Source of the DNA: Calditrichales bacterium | GTDB taxonomy: Bacteria; Calditrichota; Calditrichia; Calditrichales; J004 | Direction: 5' to 3' | NCBI GenBank assembly: GCA_015493745.1 | Contig: WGCN01000023.1 | Span: 38,568 to 102,567 of the forward strand | DNA: 64,000 nucleotides | Part shown: positions 38,156-47,808 of the stretch, in pieces | Position numbering within the stretch: position 1 is the first letter of the stretch | Layout of the letters: every line of letters starts with the position of its first letter | Position numbers and translations under genes: made by a program | Notes under the pieces: model-generated | Databases searched by the model: none | Told to the model about the DNA's origin: nothing | Seen by the model: only the letters and a program-made list of their open reading frames with translations

Positions 38156-39201
38156 ACCCTACCCGTGTTCTGATAGTGGATGATTCGGCCTTGGTGCGCA
38201 ACCTGCTTTCCCGCGGGTTGGACATGTACGATGATATTGAAGTGGTGGGCACCGCCAGCGATCCCTATAAGGCGCGGGATATGATTGTAAAAACCAAACC
38301 CAATGTGCTAACCCTGGATGTGGAAATGCCGCGCATGGACGGGCTGGAGTTTTTAAAAAAGCTGATGCCGCAGTATCCCATGCCGGTGGTCATGGTCAGT
38401 TCCCTGACGGAAAGCGGTTCGCGCATCACGCTCGACGCCCTTTCCGCCGGGGCGGTGGACTTTGTCTGCAAGCCCCAGTCCGATGTTTCCCACGGGCTGA
38501 GCGGCATGATGAACGAGCTCCATGACAAAGTGAGAATGGCCTCATTTGTTGATGTGTCCCACTATAAAAATCGTCAGTATAAAGCTACCGCTGATGTACA
38601 AAAAGTAACCGCCCTCAGTAAAACCACGGATAAGGTCATTGCCATCGGTGCTTCCACCGGCGGGACGGAAGCCCTGAGGCAGGTGCTGACCGCCCTGCCC
38701 GCCACCACACCGGGCATTGTTGTTGTTCAGCATATGCCGGAAAAGTTTACGAAAATGTTTGCCGACCGTCTAAACGAATTGTGTGAAATGCAGGTGAGTG
38801 AAGCCCGGTCGGGGGACCGTGTCTATAATGGGCGCATCCTGGTGGCTCCGGGAGGCAAGCATCTGCAGTTGATGCGCTCCGGCGGGGAATACAAGGTGGT
38901 GATAAGGGATGGCGCCAAGGTATGCGGGCACAAGCCCTCGGTGGATGTCCTGTTTCGTTCCGTGGCCCGTGCCGCCGGCAGTAATGCCATCGGCATCATG
39001 ATGACCGGCATGGGAAGTGATGGGGCGGATGCCATGGTTAAGCTGCGTGAAGCGGGCGCCCGAACCCTGGCCCAGGATGAGGCCAGCAGTGTGGTGTTTG
39101 GCATGCCTAAGGAAGCCTTTGAAAGAGGCGGCGCCGAAAAACTGGTGGCCCTGAAAAATATTCCGGGAAAGATTAAAACTCTATTACAGGAAATGGATTG
39201 A
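38152..39201 (+). CDS. cheB: Chemotaxis methylesterase/deamidase CheB (REC + CheB domain)
   Basis: 349 aa. RVLIVDDSALVR...LTLDVEMPRMDG; catalytic IGASTGGTEAL, VVQHMP, MTGMGSDG. ATGA overlap with cheR. Confidence 0.9.
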   Translation: MNPTRVLIVDDSALVRNLLSRGLDMYDDIEVVGTASDPYKARDMIVKTKPNVLTLDVEMPRMDGLEFLKKLMPQYPMPVVMVSSLTESGSRITLDALSAGAVDFVCKPQSDVSHGLSGMMNELHDKVRMASFVDVSHYKNRQYKATADVQKVTALSKTTDKVIAIGASTGGTEALRQVLTALPATTPGIVVVQHMPEKFTKMFADRLNELCEMQVSEARSGDRVYNGRILVAPGGKHLQLMRSGGEYKVVIRDGAKVCGHKPSVDVLFRSVARAAGSNAIGIMMTGMGSDGADAMVKLREAGARTLAQDEASSVVFGMPKEAFERGGAEKLVALKNIPGKIKTLLQEMD

Positions 39202-39686
39202 TGAATGTGATCAATGTAGGTGTCGGTGAAATCGGGGTTTCCGACAAGGCCGGTTCGGTGGTTAAAACCTATGCCTTGGGGTCGTGCGTGGCTTTGATAT
39301 TTATTGCCCCAAAATATAATGCCGTGGGGTTGGCACATATCGCGCTTCCCGACTCCACATTTTCCAATGGTAAATCGAAAGAGCTCCCCGGTTATTTTGC
39401 CGATTTGGCCATACCCAAATTGATCGAGGAGTTTAAAAAACTGGGGGTAAAGAAAAACTCCGAAGTGGTGGTTAAAATGACCGGCGGGGCCAAGATTATG
39501 GATCCCCAGGGACGGTTTAACATAGGCAAGCGCAATGTACTGGCGGCAAAAAAGATACTATGGAAATACAAGCTGGGCGCCATTAAGGAAGATGTGGGGA
39601 AAAATTTCAGCCGCACGGTCAGCGTATCGGTGGATACAAAAGATATTGTTGTTTCGTCACCGGGCAGGGGCGAATGGAAACTTTAA
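39198..39686 (+). CDS. cheD: Chemoreceptor glutamine deamidase CheD
   Basis: 162 aa. VKTYALGSCVALIFIAP...VGLAHIALPDS with conserved Cys/His. Overlaps the cheB stop. Confidence 0.85.
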   Translation: MMNVINVGVGEIGVSDKAGSVVKTYALGSCVALIFIAPKYNAVGLAHIALPDSTFSNGKSKELPGYFADLAIPKLIEEFKKLGVKKNSEVVVKMTGGAKIMDPQGRFNIGKRNVLAAKKILWKYKLGAIKEDVGKNFSRTVSVSVDTKDIVVSSPGRGEWKL

Positions 39687-39702
39687 CTAACTGGGGTAAG
39701 GG

Positions 39703-40086
39703 ATGAACCGAATACTCATCGTCGATGATTCATCAATGGCCCGCACCTTGATCCGGCGCAGCCTGGAAGTGTGTGGTTTTGATGATTTGAACGTTTTAGA
39801 AGCCTCGAACGGGGTGAATGCAATGGAGGTTTTAAAAAACAATCCCATTGACATGGTTTTTACGGATCTGAATATGCCGGAAATGGATGGTGAAGGATTG
39901 TTGAAGCGCATAAAAAGTTCACCCCGGTTGAATCATATCCCGGTGGTGGTGATCTCCAGCAAGAAAAGCTCGGCCACGGAACGGAAACTGATTGCCGACC
40001 ACGCCGTGGCGGTGCTGGCCAAGCCTATCGTTTTGCCGGAGCTGAATGAAGTTTTGGAACATTCATTGTCAATAGAGAAAAACTGA
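39703..40086 (+). CDS. CheY-like single-domain response regulator
   Basis: 127 aa. RILIVDDSSMAR, DMVFTDLNMPEMDG, VLAKPI. Confidence 0.85.
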   Translation: MNRILIVDDSSMARTLIRRSLEVCGFDDLNVLEASNGVNAMEVLKNNPIDMVFTDLNMPEMDGEGLLKRIKSSPRLNHIPVVVISSKKSSATERKLIADHAVAVLAKPIVLPELNEVLEHSLSIEKN

Positions 40087-40093
40087 GGTGTAT

Positions 40094-40564
40094 ATGAGTT
40101 TTAATATTGATGCTGTCGGTGAAGAATTGACCGACGCGGTAACCGAAGCTTTTGAAAACATGGCTTTTGCCGAGGTGGAAAGTTGTGAGGATGTTGAAAC
40201 CCTGCCTTCCGGTATTGACGCCTATTGCGTAACGGTGGATACGCTGAATCCCTTTAAAAGCAAGGTGGCAATTATCATAGACCGGGAAGCTTCCGAGGAA
40301 CTGGTGATGGATATGTACGGCGGGGATATCGAAGACGTTAACGAAGAGATCATGAACGACGCCCTGGCCGAAATCGGCAATACCGTCGTGGGCCGCTTTC
40401 TTTCCCGGGTGGTGGATGAAGGACAGGAGTTTAGTCTGGGCTTTCCGGAGTGTGAATTATATGACGGGGCCAGGTACAACCGGCAAAAAAATGATCATAC
40501 CCGTTTATATGATCTGGATATCGATGATTACCATATCTACTGTATTCTTGAGTCCCGCAATTAA
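40094..40564 (+). CDS. CheX/CheC-family CheY-P phosphatase (tentative)
   Basis: Single D-x3-E-x2-N motif (DALAEIGN) followed about 21 residues later by Pro (LGFP). CheX-like size. Sits between two cheY genes. Confidence 0.65.
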   Translation: MSFNIDAVGEELTDAVTEAFENMAFAEVESCEDVETLPSGIDAYCVTVDTLNPFKSKVAIIIDREASEELVMDMYGGDIEDVNEEIMNDALAEIGNTVVGRFLSRVVDEGQEFSLGFPECELYDGARYNRQKNDHTRLYDLDIDDYHIYCILESRN

Positions 40565-40655
40565 ATGGACAAATGTTGTACAGAAAACAAAATACCATTT
40601 AAAGCGGAAAATCATTGCCGAGTGTTGATATATAATTTGTAACAGGAGATACATT

Positions 40656-41033
40656 ATGGAAGATAAAAAAGTAATCTTTGTGGAAGATTCCCCCACCATG
40701 AGAAGAATTATCATGAATTCTCTGAATAAGATAGGAATAAGCCAAATCATTGAAGCGGAGAACGGGGTGGACGCCCTGGAAAAAATTGGTGATCAGGATG
40801 TGGATATGGTAATTACCGACTGGAATATGCCGGAAATGAATGGCGAAGAACTGGTTAAGGAGTTGCGTGGCAACAGTAAATACAAAGAAACACCGATTCT
40901 GATGATTACCACCCGGGGTATGCAGGATGATGTTATGTCGGCCATTAAAATGGGCGTAAACGGATACATAGTGAAGCCTTTTACTCCTGAAGTTCTTAAG
41001 AAAAAAATGGGTGAGATTTTTAGCGCCTCCTAG
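40656..41033 (+). CDS. cheY: Chemotaxis response regulator CheY
   Basis: 125 aa. VIFVEDSPTMRR, DMVITDWNMPEMNG, MITT, GYIVKPFT. Confidence 0.9.
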   Translation: MEDKKVIFVEDSPTMRRIIMNSLNKIGISQIIEAENGVDALEKIGDQDVDMVITDWNMPEMNGEELVKELRGNSKYKETPILMITTRGMQDDVMSAIKMGVNGYIVKPFTPEVLKKKMGEIFSAS

Positions 41034-41048
41034 ATGAAAGGAAGATAA

Positions 41049-41699
41049 ATGGCTTTAGCGATAAACTCTATTGACGACGTGCTGAAACATATTGAGGAAA
41101 TCCATAACTCTATGGAGTTCAATGAAGAGCTTTTTCCCATAGTGACGGATCTGTTCAAGTTTCTGCAGGATATGATTCCCATCTTGTCCGAAGCAAATAT
41201 CTCCGTAAAGGAGAGTACAAATCATTTACCTACAGCCTCTGATAACCTGAACAGTGTCAGCCAGACTACTGAAAACGCCACACATCAGGTTCTGGATCAG
41301 GTGGACAACATCGCCGGGAAACTGGAGGATTTACGGCGGATGATTCAGGAGGGGGGCGATAAGGAGAAACAGCTTGCTGTTTTGGATGAAGCAACCAATG
41401 ATGTGAATGAGATCGTTTTTGCTTTCCAGTTCCAGGATATTACCACCCAGCAACTGGAGCATACCAACCGCATATTGACGGCGGTACACGAGAAGTTCCA
41501 TACATTGTTTGAATCCTTCGATGTTATGCGCAACAACAGCTCCCTGGGGGCGGAAGTGGCCAAGGCGATTGAGAATGAGTTTCAGAAGGAAATGAGCAAG
41601 CATTTGAAGGATGTGGAAAGTTTTCAGAAACGGACCGAAGACATTATACATCAAAACCATGAGTTTTCGCAGGAAGATATTGACAGCTTTTTTAAGTAA
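41049..41699 (+). CDS. CheZ-like CheY-P phosphatase (remote)
   Basis: 216 aa, helical. FQFQDITTQQ matches the CheZ active-site D-x3-Q (FQDLTGQ in E. coli). Immediately downstream of cheY. Confidence 0.6.
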   Translation: MALAINSIDDVLKHIEEIHNSMEFNEELFPIVTDLFKFLQDMIPILSEANISVKESTNHLPTASDNLNSVSQTTENATHQVLDQVDNIAGKLEDLRRMIQEGGDKEKQLAVLDEATNDVNEIVFAFQFQDITTQQLEHTNRILTAVHEKFHTLFESFDVMRNNSSLGAEVAKAIENEFQKEMSKHLKDVESFQKRTEDIIHQNHEFSQEDIDSFFK

Positions 41700-41710
41700 G
41701 GGAAAATCAT

Positions 41711-41980
41711 ATGTCCATGTTCGATGAACTTACGGTTGAAGAACAAAAAAACACTTTTAAACTGCGCCGGAACCGGCACAGCAGTTCGATTATCAAAAGT
41801 AAAGATATACAGATTAAATCTACAAAAGTCATCAATCCGTTCGAGAATAGCCATATACCGGCGAACAAAGGTAAAATTACACCTCTTACCGAATCCGGAG
41901 AAGTAATTGGTTTTATTTATCAGTGTTCATGCGGTGAAATTGCCAAAGTAATTTTTGACTATGACGAATCCTTAGAATAA
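41711..41980 (+). CDS. Hypothetical small protein
   Basis: 89 aa, tightly packed between the CheZ-like and DUF342 genes. No motif recognised. Confidence 0.4.
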   Translation: MSMFDELTVEEQKNTFKLRRNRHSSSIIKSKDIQIKSTKVINPFENSHIPANKGKITPLTESGEVIGFIYQCSCGEIAKVIFDYDESLE

Positions 41981-41987
41981 TACCGAC

Positions 41988-43409
41988 GTGAAAAAAATAC
42001 GTATCCATATAGCGGATGATAAATATACAGCCTATGTTACCATCCTGAGCGATCCGGAACATTTTCCCACCACGGGGGAAATACTTACCCGTTTAAAAAA
42101 CGCGGGTGTGGTCTTCGGTGTGGATGAAAAGCTGGTTGCGGAAATGGCCCAAAAGAAACGCTCCGTAACCATGCAGGCCGTGGCCCGTGGGCGGCACCCC
42201 CGGGGGCGCCTTCACTGGAAGGTGGATGTGAGCACCACCCGGAAACCCTATATCACTTCTAAAAATCGTGCCGATTTTAAAAATCTCAGCCAGAACAATT
42301 ATATCGAAAAAGATCAGCTGGTCGCTGTCGTCTTCCCGGCGGATAGCGTGCAACCGGGGAAGAAGGTCACCGGAGAAAACGTGGAGCCGGCCGGTATTTA
42401 TAATAACATTCCCGATTCGGCGGATTTCTATCTTGACCAGGACGGGAAAAGTCTGCGTGCCGCCCGTTCCGGGTATCTGTTTCGCAGTATCGACCGGGTA
42501 CAGATATCCGAGGTATACCACATCAAGGGGGACGTGGGCTATGGTACCGGCAATATCAAGGTAAACGGCCCCGTGGTGATCGATGGTGATGTACGCTCCG
42601 GCTTCAGGGTGGAATCGGATTCAACGATCATTGTCAACGGATCGGTTGACGCCGCCAACATCTATTCCTCACATGGAGATATCATCATCCGTGATGGAAT
42701 ACTGGGGCAGGGCCGGGCAAAGGTTTTATGCGGTGGGGCCTTAAGTTGCGGTTTCGCCCAGGATGCGCACCTGGCTGCCCGCCAGGACATTATTCTGGAA
42801 AACTACGCCATTAACTGTGTGGCCACGGCCGGTGGTTTTGTGCGGGTCAATGCCACGGAAGGGGTCATACGCGGAGGTACCATTACCGCGGAAAAAGGTA
42901 TTTTTACCGCCAATGCCGGTAACGAGCGTGGCGTTTCGACGGACCTGATCATCCGTCACTACTCCGAAAATAATGGCAGCAGCCGTTTATGGAAGCTGAG
43001 TAAAACACGGACGGAAACCGTTAAGAGAATTTCGCTGCTGGAAAAACGCAAGCTTTTTCTGGATGTGCTCAAAGAGAAAAAAGGCTCCTTGTCCGAAGAA
43101 AGAAAAGCTGAACTTGAAAACATAAAAGAAGAGATGCACATCCTGGTTGAAAAAAGAAAAGAGCTGGATCAGGAAGAGATTGAGCTGCAACAGTCGGTGG
43201 TTAAAGAGCATGTTTCGAAAGAAGTCCGCATTTCCGGCACTCTTTACCGGAATGTTCATATCGATATCGGTGGAAGGCACTATACCAGCATGGCCGATTT
43301 ACAGGGTGTACGTATTTTCAGGGTAAAAGATGAAATATTAATCGAGTCACTCAGGGAAACCCACCGGGACTACAATATTTTTATTCCTGATAAGACAAGC
43401 GAAAGGTAA
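41988..43409 (+). CDS. DUF342/FapA family protein
   Basis: 473 aa with a GTG start. GDVGYGTGNIKVNGPVVIDGDVRSGFRVESDSTIIVNGSVDAANIYSSHGDIIIRDG is a beta-helix repeat typical of DUF342. C-terminal coiled coil. Confidence 0.75.
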   Translation: MKKIRIHIADDKYTAYVTILSDPEHFPTTGEILTRLKNAGVVFGVDEKLVAEMAQKKRSVTMQAVARGRHPRGRLHWKVDVSTTRKPYITSKNRADFKNLSQNNYIEKDQLVAVVFPADSVQPGKKVTGENVEPAGIYNNIPDSADFYLDQDGKSLRAARSGYLFRSIDRVQISEVYHIKGDVGYGTGNIKVNGPVVIDGDVRSGFRVESDSTIIVNGSVDAANIYSSHGDIIIRDGILGQGRAKVLCGGALSCGFAQDAHLAARQDIILENYAINCVATAGGFVRVNATEGVIRGGTITAEKGIFTANAGNERGVSTDLIIRHYSENNGSSRLWKLSKTRTETVKRISLLEKRKLFLDVLKEKKGSLSEERKAELENIKEEMHILVEKRKELDQEEIELQQSVVKEHVSKEVRISGTLYRNVHIDIGGRHYTSMADLQGVRIFRVKDEILIESLRETHRDYNIFIPDKTSER

Positions 43410-43413
43410 AACC

Positions 43414-44814
43414 ATGACCGATACAGCTTTATCCGAAGAAAAGTACAAAATCCTGGTTATAGATGATGAGCCGGATGTGCTGCAAACCATTGCCGACAGC
43501 ATCCGCTCGGATAGCTATCTCATCGAAACGCAAAGCGATCCGCGGGTGGCGCTAAGCCGTCTGCAAACGGAGCGCTACGATCTTGTACTTACGGATCTGA
43601 TGATGCCGGATGTGTCGGGGATGGATATCGCCAAATTTGTATGTCATGACCTGGAGGGTGATTGCGAGGTGGTGGTCATAACCGCCCATGCCACTCTGCA
43701 AACCGCCATTGAATCCCTGCAAATGGGCGTTTATGATTATATTCAGAAACCTTTTGACGCCGATGAACTGCGGGTGGTGGTGAGGCATGTTACCGAAAAA
43801 CTGACCCTGCAACGGCAAAATCAGCGGTTGACCGCTAAAAACAACCGTCTGCTCAATCATCTCTCCACCCTTCAGGATATCAGCAAAATACTTTATCAAC
43901 TCAGCGATGAAGACGCGGCGGGGGAAATGGTTTTGGATACCATGATCGAATACTTCAACCTGTCCCGGGTGGCATTGCTGAAAATGGATTCAAAAAGCGG
44001 ACGTTTCCGCTTCAGCCTTCAAAAAGGTTTTACCGGAGAGTGGTCCGGTTTCTCCTTTGCGCCGGAACAGGCGCTCAATGGGCAAATACCCGGCAAATCC
44101 GGACCGCTCCATGTTGATATCCGTCACGGATCCCTAACGGTGGGGGATGACCATGTGTATAATGTTGAAAACGGGCGGCTCACCTTAGTACCGGTGGTCT
44201 TTCAGGAAAGAATACAAGCCTGGCTGGCCTGCTTTATTGAAAAAGAACATCCGCATCTGCCGGAGGATATCGATACTCTGTTAACGATTCTGGCCAATCA
44301 CATCGCCCCCATCGTAAACGGTGTGGGAGAAACTCTGCGCGGGGGATATAATGATCAGCTTCTTTTCGAACATATACAAAGCCATGTGAAGGAGGCGGCT
44401 CATTTATTACGGCCGGTCGGTTTCAGCCTGTTCCGTTTTGATGTGATCTATGAAGGGGACAAGCCTTTTCTTATCCGTGATGCGCTGGAGTCGATACAGA
44501 TAAAAATTCGCGCCCTGGTAGAGGAGCCGGTGGAGGTGGTTTGGCGATCGGTGGATACGGTGCTTTTTATTCTGCCGGAGAAGGATTATTTCCTGAGTGA
44601 ATCTTTTAGCCGTGACTTGATCGAGGAAATAGAACACTATATCAAAAACGTGAATGCCCCTTTTCATGTAATCACCAGCTATGCCTGCCTGGGGTATCCC
44701 GAATGTGGCGATGACGCAGCGGCCTTGTTGTGGCGTTTATGGGTAAAAATGCTGCAGGATGGCCTGAACGCACATCGTGATTTTCTGGAAAAAGGGCTGT
44801 ACGAAAAGAGTTGA
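43414..44814 (+). CDS. Response regulator: REC + GAF-like region + degenerate GGDEF-like C-terminal domain (inferred)
   Basis: 466 aa. KILVIDDEPDV, DLVLTDLMMPDVSG, IQKPF. The C-terminus has FSLFRFDV ... RSVDTVLFIL (where RYGGDEF would be) ... TSYACLGYP. Confidence 0.65.
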   Translation: MTDTALSEEKYKILVIDDEPDVLQTIADSIRSDSYLIETQSDPRVALSRLQTERYDLVLTDLMMPDVSGMDIAKFVCHDLEGDCEVVVITAHATLQTAIESLQMGVYDYIQKPFDADELRVVVRHVTEKLTLQRQNQRLTAKNNRLLNHLSTLQDISKILYQLSDEDAAGEMVLDTMIEYFNLSRVALLKMDSKSGRFRFSLQKGFTGEWSGFSFAPEQALNGQIPGKSGPLHVDIRHGSLTVGDDHVYNVENGRLTLVPVVFQERIQAWLACFIEKEHPHLPEDIDTLLTILANHIAPIVNGVGETLRGGYNDQLLFEHIQSHVKEAAHLLRPVGFSLFRFDVIYEGDKPFLIRDALESIQIKIRALVEEPVEVVWRSVDTVLFILPEKDYFLSESFSRDLIEEIEHYIKNVNAPFHVITSYACLGYPECGDDAAALLWRLWVKMLQDGLNAHRDFLEKGLYEKS

Positions 44815-44815
44815 C

Positions 44816-45370
44816 ATGAGTATTAATAAAACCATTCTGGTCGTGGATGATGACTTCAGTCTCCTGGAGATGATCAACGAAGGGCTGACGGAGCAGGGGT
44901 ATCATGTGGTGGCCTCGGTAAACCCCGAGGATGCCCTGCAACGGATAAAAGAAGTTGATATCCGTTTTGCCCTGATCGATTATGACCTGTGTGTACCGGA
45001 GATGAATGGTATCGATCTGGCAAAGAAGATACGTTTTACCCAGTCCGATGTGATTGTGCTGATCATGACCGGCTACCAAAATATAAAATATGCCGTGGAT
45101 GCCATGCGCAATTATAAGTTTGACTATATGATCAAACCTTTTCGTATTGATCAGGTTATATCCTCCTTTGAGCGCTCTTTGCGTGAATATGAACTCCTGG
45201 AAGAAAATAAGATGTTGTATCGTAAAATAGTGGAGCTGGAAACGGAGTGTGAGCGATTGAAGGAGGCCCGGGAAGAGGAACATACCATGCGTACCATCAG
45301 TCAGGCATCAAAAAAACTTATATCCAACACCAATGCCGCCGATATATATAAGCGGCAACAGAACTTCTAA
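44816..45370 (+). CDS. Response regulator (REC + C-terminal coiled coil)
   Basis: Start taken at MSINKTILVVDDDFS, 2 nt after the upstream stop. ALIDYDLCVPEMNG, MIKPF. Confidence 0.75.
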   Translation: MSINKTILVVDDDFSLLEMINEGLTEQGYHVVASVNPEDALQRIKEVDIRFALIDYDLCVPEMNGIDLAKKIRFTQSDVIVLIMTGYQNIKYAVDAMRNYKFDYMIKPFRIDQVISSFERSLREYELLEENKMLYRKIVELETECERLKEAREEEHTMRTISQASKKLISNTNAADIYKRQQNF

Positions 45371-45402
45371 TACCCAAACACTTAAAACAGAGAAACGAAC
45401 TA

Positions 45403-46764
45403 ATGGCCAAGACTGTACTGATAGTTGATGATGATGATGATCTTCGGGAAATTGTAAAAGAGACACTGGACAACGATGCCTATGAGGTATATGATGCGGA
45501 TTCGGGTGACAAGGCCTTGAAACTGATGGAAGAAAACAGTTATGACCTTATCATTAGCGACCTGATGATGCCGGGTATAAAAGGCCTTGATCTGCTAAAA
45601 AAAGTAAAAGAGCATTATCCTCAGACCGGGGTATTGCTTATGTCGGCCTATGGCACCATCGAAACCGCGGTGGATGCCATGAAAGAAGGCGCTTTTGATT
45701 TTATCACCAAGCCCTTTTCCATTTCGCATATCGAATCGCGTGTTGAACGCTTTTTTGAATATGAATCCCTGAAAAAAGAAAATATCAGTCTGAAGAAAAA
45801 ACTGGCGCAAACCCGTCAGGCCAACAAGCTGGTGGGGAACAGCAGTGTTGCCGAGCAGATTAACTTCCACATCGGTATTGTGGCCCGCAGCGATGCCCCG
45901 GTATTTTTGCAAGGAGAGAGCGGCACCGGTAAGGAGTTGATTGCCGAAGCCATTCATAACCAGAGTGACCGCAGTCAAAAACCTTTTTTAAAAATAAATT
46001 GCGCCGCCGTACCCGATACGCTCTTTGAAAGCACCCTTTTCGGTCATGAAAAAGGCGCTTTTAGCGGAGCCTATAAATCCCAGAAAGGTATATTTGAAGA
46101 ATGTGACGGGGGTACGCTGCTTTTGGATGAGGTTACCGAGATTCCCTATAATATGCAGGCCAAGCTTTTGCGGGTTTTACAGGAGATGAAAATTGTCCGC
46201 GTGGGTACAACATCGGAAATTCCCGTCGATGTGCGAATTATCGCCGCCACCAACCACAATATCACCGAACAGATCCGTGAAGGGAAATTTCGCGAAGACC
46301 TCTTTTTTCGTCTGAATGTCTTTCCCATCGATGTGGCTCCCTTAAGGCACCGCAAAGAGGATATTCCTCTTTTGGTGGAAACATTTCTCAATAATTTTAA
46401 AAAGAAATATAAATATACGGAAAAGGTTTTAGATCCTTCCTGCATGGATGTTCTGCTCAATTATAATTGGCCGGGAAATATCCGTCAGTTACAGCATGTG
46501 ATCGAACGGGCCATACTTTTTTCAACCGATGAGCCCCGCATCCGGGCCGAGCACCTGAAGTTTGAAGAGGATTTCAGCAAGGGGAGCAAAGACGCTTTCT
46601 CTCCTGAGAATATTGTACCGCTGGCAGAGATGGAGAAAAGGATGATTTTTGCCGCCTTGCAAAAAACAGGTAACCACCGCAATCAGGCGGCGGAGCTTTT
46701 GGGCATAACCGTGCGTACCCTGCGCAATAAACTCCATCAGTATGAAGAGAATGTTTTAGAATAA
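45403..46764 (+). CDS. Sigma-54-dependent transcriptional activator (NtrC family: REC + AAA+ + Fis-type HTH)
   Basis: 453 aa. LIVDDDDDL, DLIISDLMMPGIKG, Walker A GESGTGKE, the sigma-54 contact loop ESTLFGHEKGAFSGA, and C-terminal HTH AAELLGITVRTLRNKL. Confidence 0.9.
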   Translation: MAKTVLIVDDDDDLREIVKETLDNDAYEVYDADSGDKALKLMEENSYDLIISDLMMPGIKGLDLLKKVKEHYPQTGVLLMSAYGTIETAVDAMKEGAFDFITKPFSISHIESRVERFFEYESLKKENISLKKKLAQTRQANKLVGNSSVAEQINFHIGIVARSDAPVFLQGESGTGKELIAEAIHNQSDRSQKPFLKINCAAVPDTLFESTLFGHEKGAFSGAYKSQKGIFEECDGGTLLLDEVTEIPYNMQAKLLRVLQEMKIVRVGTTSEIPVDVRIIAATNHNITEQIREGKFREDLFFRLNVFPIDVAPLRHRKEDIPLLVETFLNNFKKKYKYTEKVLDPSCMDVLLNYNWPGNIRQLQHVIERAILFSTDEPRIRAEHLKFEEDFSKGSKDAFSPENIVPLAEMEKRMIFAALQKTGNHRNQAAELLGITVRTLRNKLHQYEENVLE

Positions 46765-46792
46765 AATTCCGGATTTATTTTTTGTTTACCGT

Positions 46793-46831
46793 AAAGCCGG
46801 AGAAGACCCTTTGGGGAGGGCTCCCGGCTTT
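46793..46831 (+). terminator. Possible rho-independent terminator after the sigma-54 activator gene
   Basis: Imperfect long hairpin aaagccggag...ctcccggcttt, followed by gtttccttt. Confidence 0.45.
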
Positions 46832-46957
46832 GTTTCCTTTCCGCTCATTCCCCTTTCCTTAAAACAAACTACAATTTCTGCTCAGTTGGATAAAAACCCT
46901 TTAGAGTCGATCCGCCGTGTCCGATTAAATATAAAAACCTAACAGGAGATTGTTTTG

Positions 46958-47362
46958 ATGCGGGCGCTTATAGTGGAAGACAATTTTACAAATCGGAAAA
47001 TCCTTCAGAGATTTTTAAAGGATATATCCGAAACCGATATTGCTGTTGATGGTGTTGAGGCCGTTGCCGCTTTTAAAACCGCCCTGGATGAAAAAGCTCC
47101 TTATGACGTTATTTTTCTGGATATAATGATGCCCAATAAGGATGGCATGGAAGTACTCCGGGAGATACGTCAATATGAGCAGGAACTTGGTATTATGGGG
47201 CTGGACGGCGTCAAGGTCATTATGACTTCCGCCCTGGAAGGAAATCATGATATCCTGAATGCCTTTAAGGCCGGATGTGAGGCTTACATCGTTAAACCCT
47301 ACACCCGGAGTGATATAAACTCAAAGCTGGCTGAACTTGGCTGCCTGCATGAGGTAAGCTGA
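46958..47362 (+). CDS. Single-domain response regulator (CheY-like)
   Basis: RALIVEDNFTNR, DVIFLDIMMPNKDG, IVKPY. First gene of the second chemosensory operon. Confidence 0.85.
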   Translation: MRALIVEDNFTNRKILQRFLKDISETDIAVDGVEAVAAFKTALDEKAPYDVIFLDIMMPNKDGMEVLREIRQYEQELGIMGLDGVKVIMTSALEGNHDILNAFKAGCEAYIVKPYTRSDINSKLAELGCLHEVS

Positions 47363-47366
47363 TTAT

Positions 47367-47798
47367 ATGCTGATGTATAATGTCAACCGGACAAAAAACG
47401 GTCTGCGGTTTGAGTTCAGCTCGAACTATGTGTATGTGGATAAGACGGTGGAGAGCTGTATTAATTTTGTACGGGAACGTAGTTTGGATATCAGTGAATT
47501 CGACTTGTCCATAGCCTTGCATGAAGTGCTGTCCAATGCCGTACGGCACGGCAACAAAGAAGACCCTACAAAAAATGTTTTATGTAATCTGTTTTGGGAG
47601 AAGGATATGCTACAGATCGAAGTCCGCGATGAGGGACAAGGGCTTTCATCCGGCGATGCGATGAAGAGAAAGTCCGGCGTACTTGAGCCCCATGGCATGG
47701 GGATGTCAATTATTGAGGGACTGGATTTTGAGTGCCAGTATGTGTGTGAAAAAAATATTGTTCTACTTAAGAAGAAAGTAAAAGTACATTCAAATTAA
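47367..47798 (+). CDS. Anti-sigma regulatory factor, serine protein kinase (RsbW/SpoIIAB-like HATPase)
   Basis: 143 aa. N-box ALHEVLSNAVRHG; VRDEGQGL; GMGMSIIEGL. Confidence 0.7.
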   Translation: MLMYNVNRTKNGLRFEFSSNYVYVDKTVESCINFVRERSLDISEFDLSIALHEVLSNAVRHGNKEDPTKNVLCNLFWEKDMLQIEVRDEGQGLSSGDAMKRKSGVLEPHGMGMSIIEGLDFECQYVCEKNIVLLKKKVKVHSN

Positions 47799-47808
47799 GA
47801 GGGGAAAA

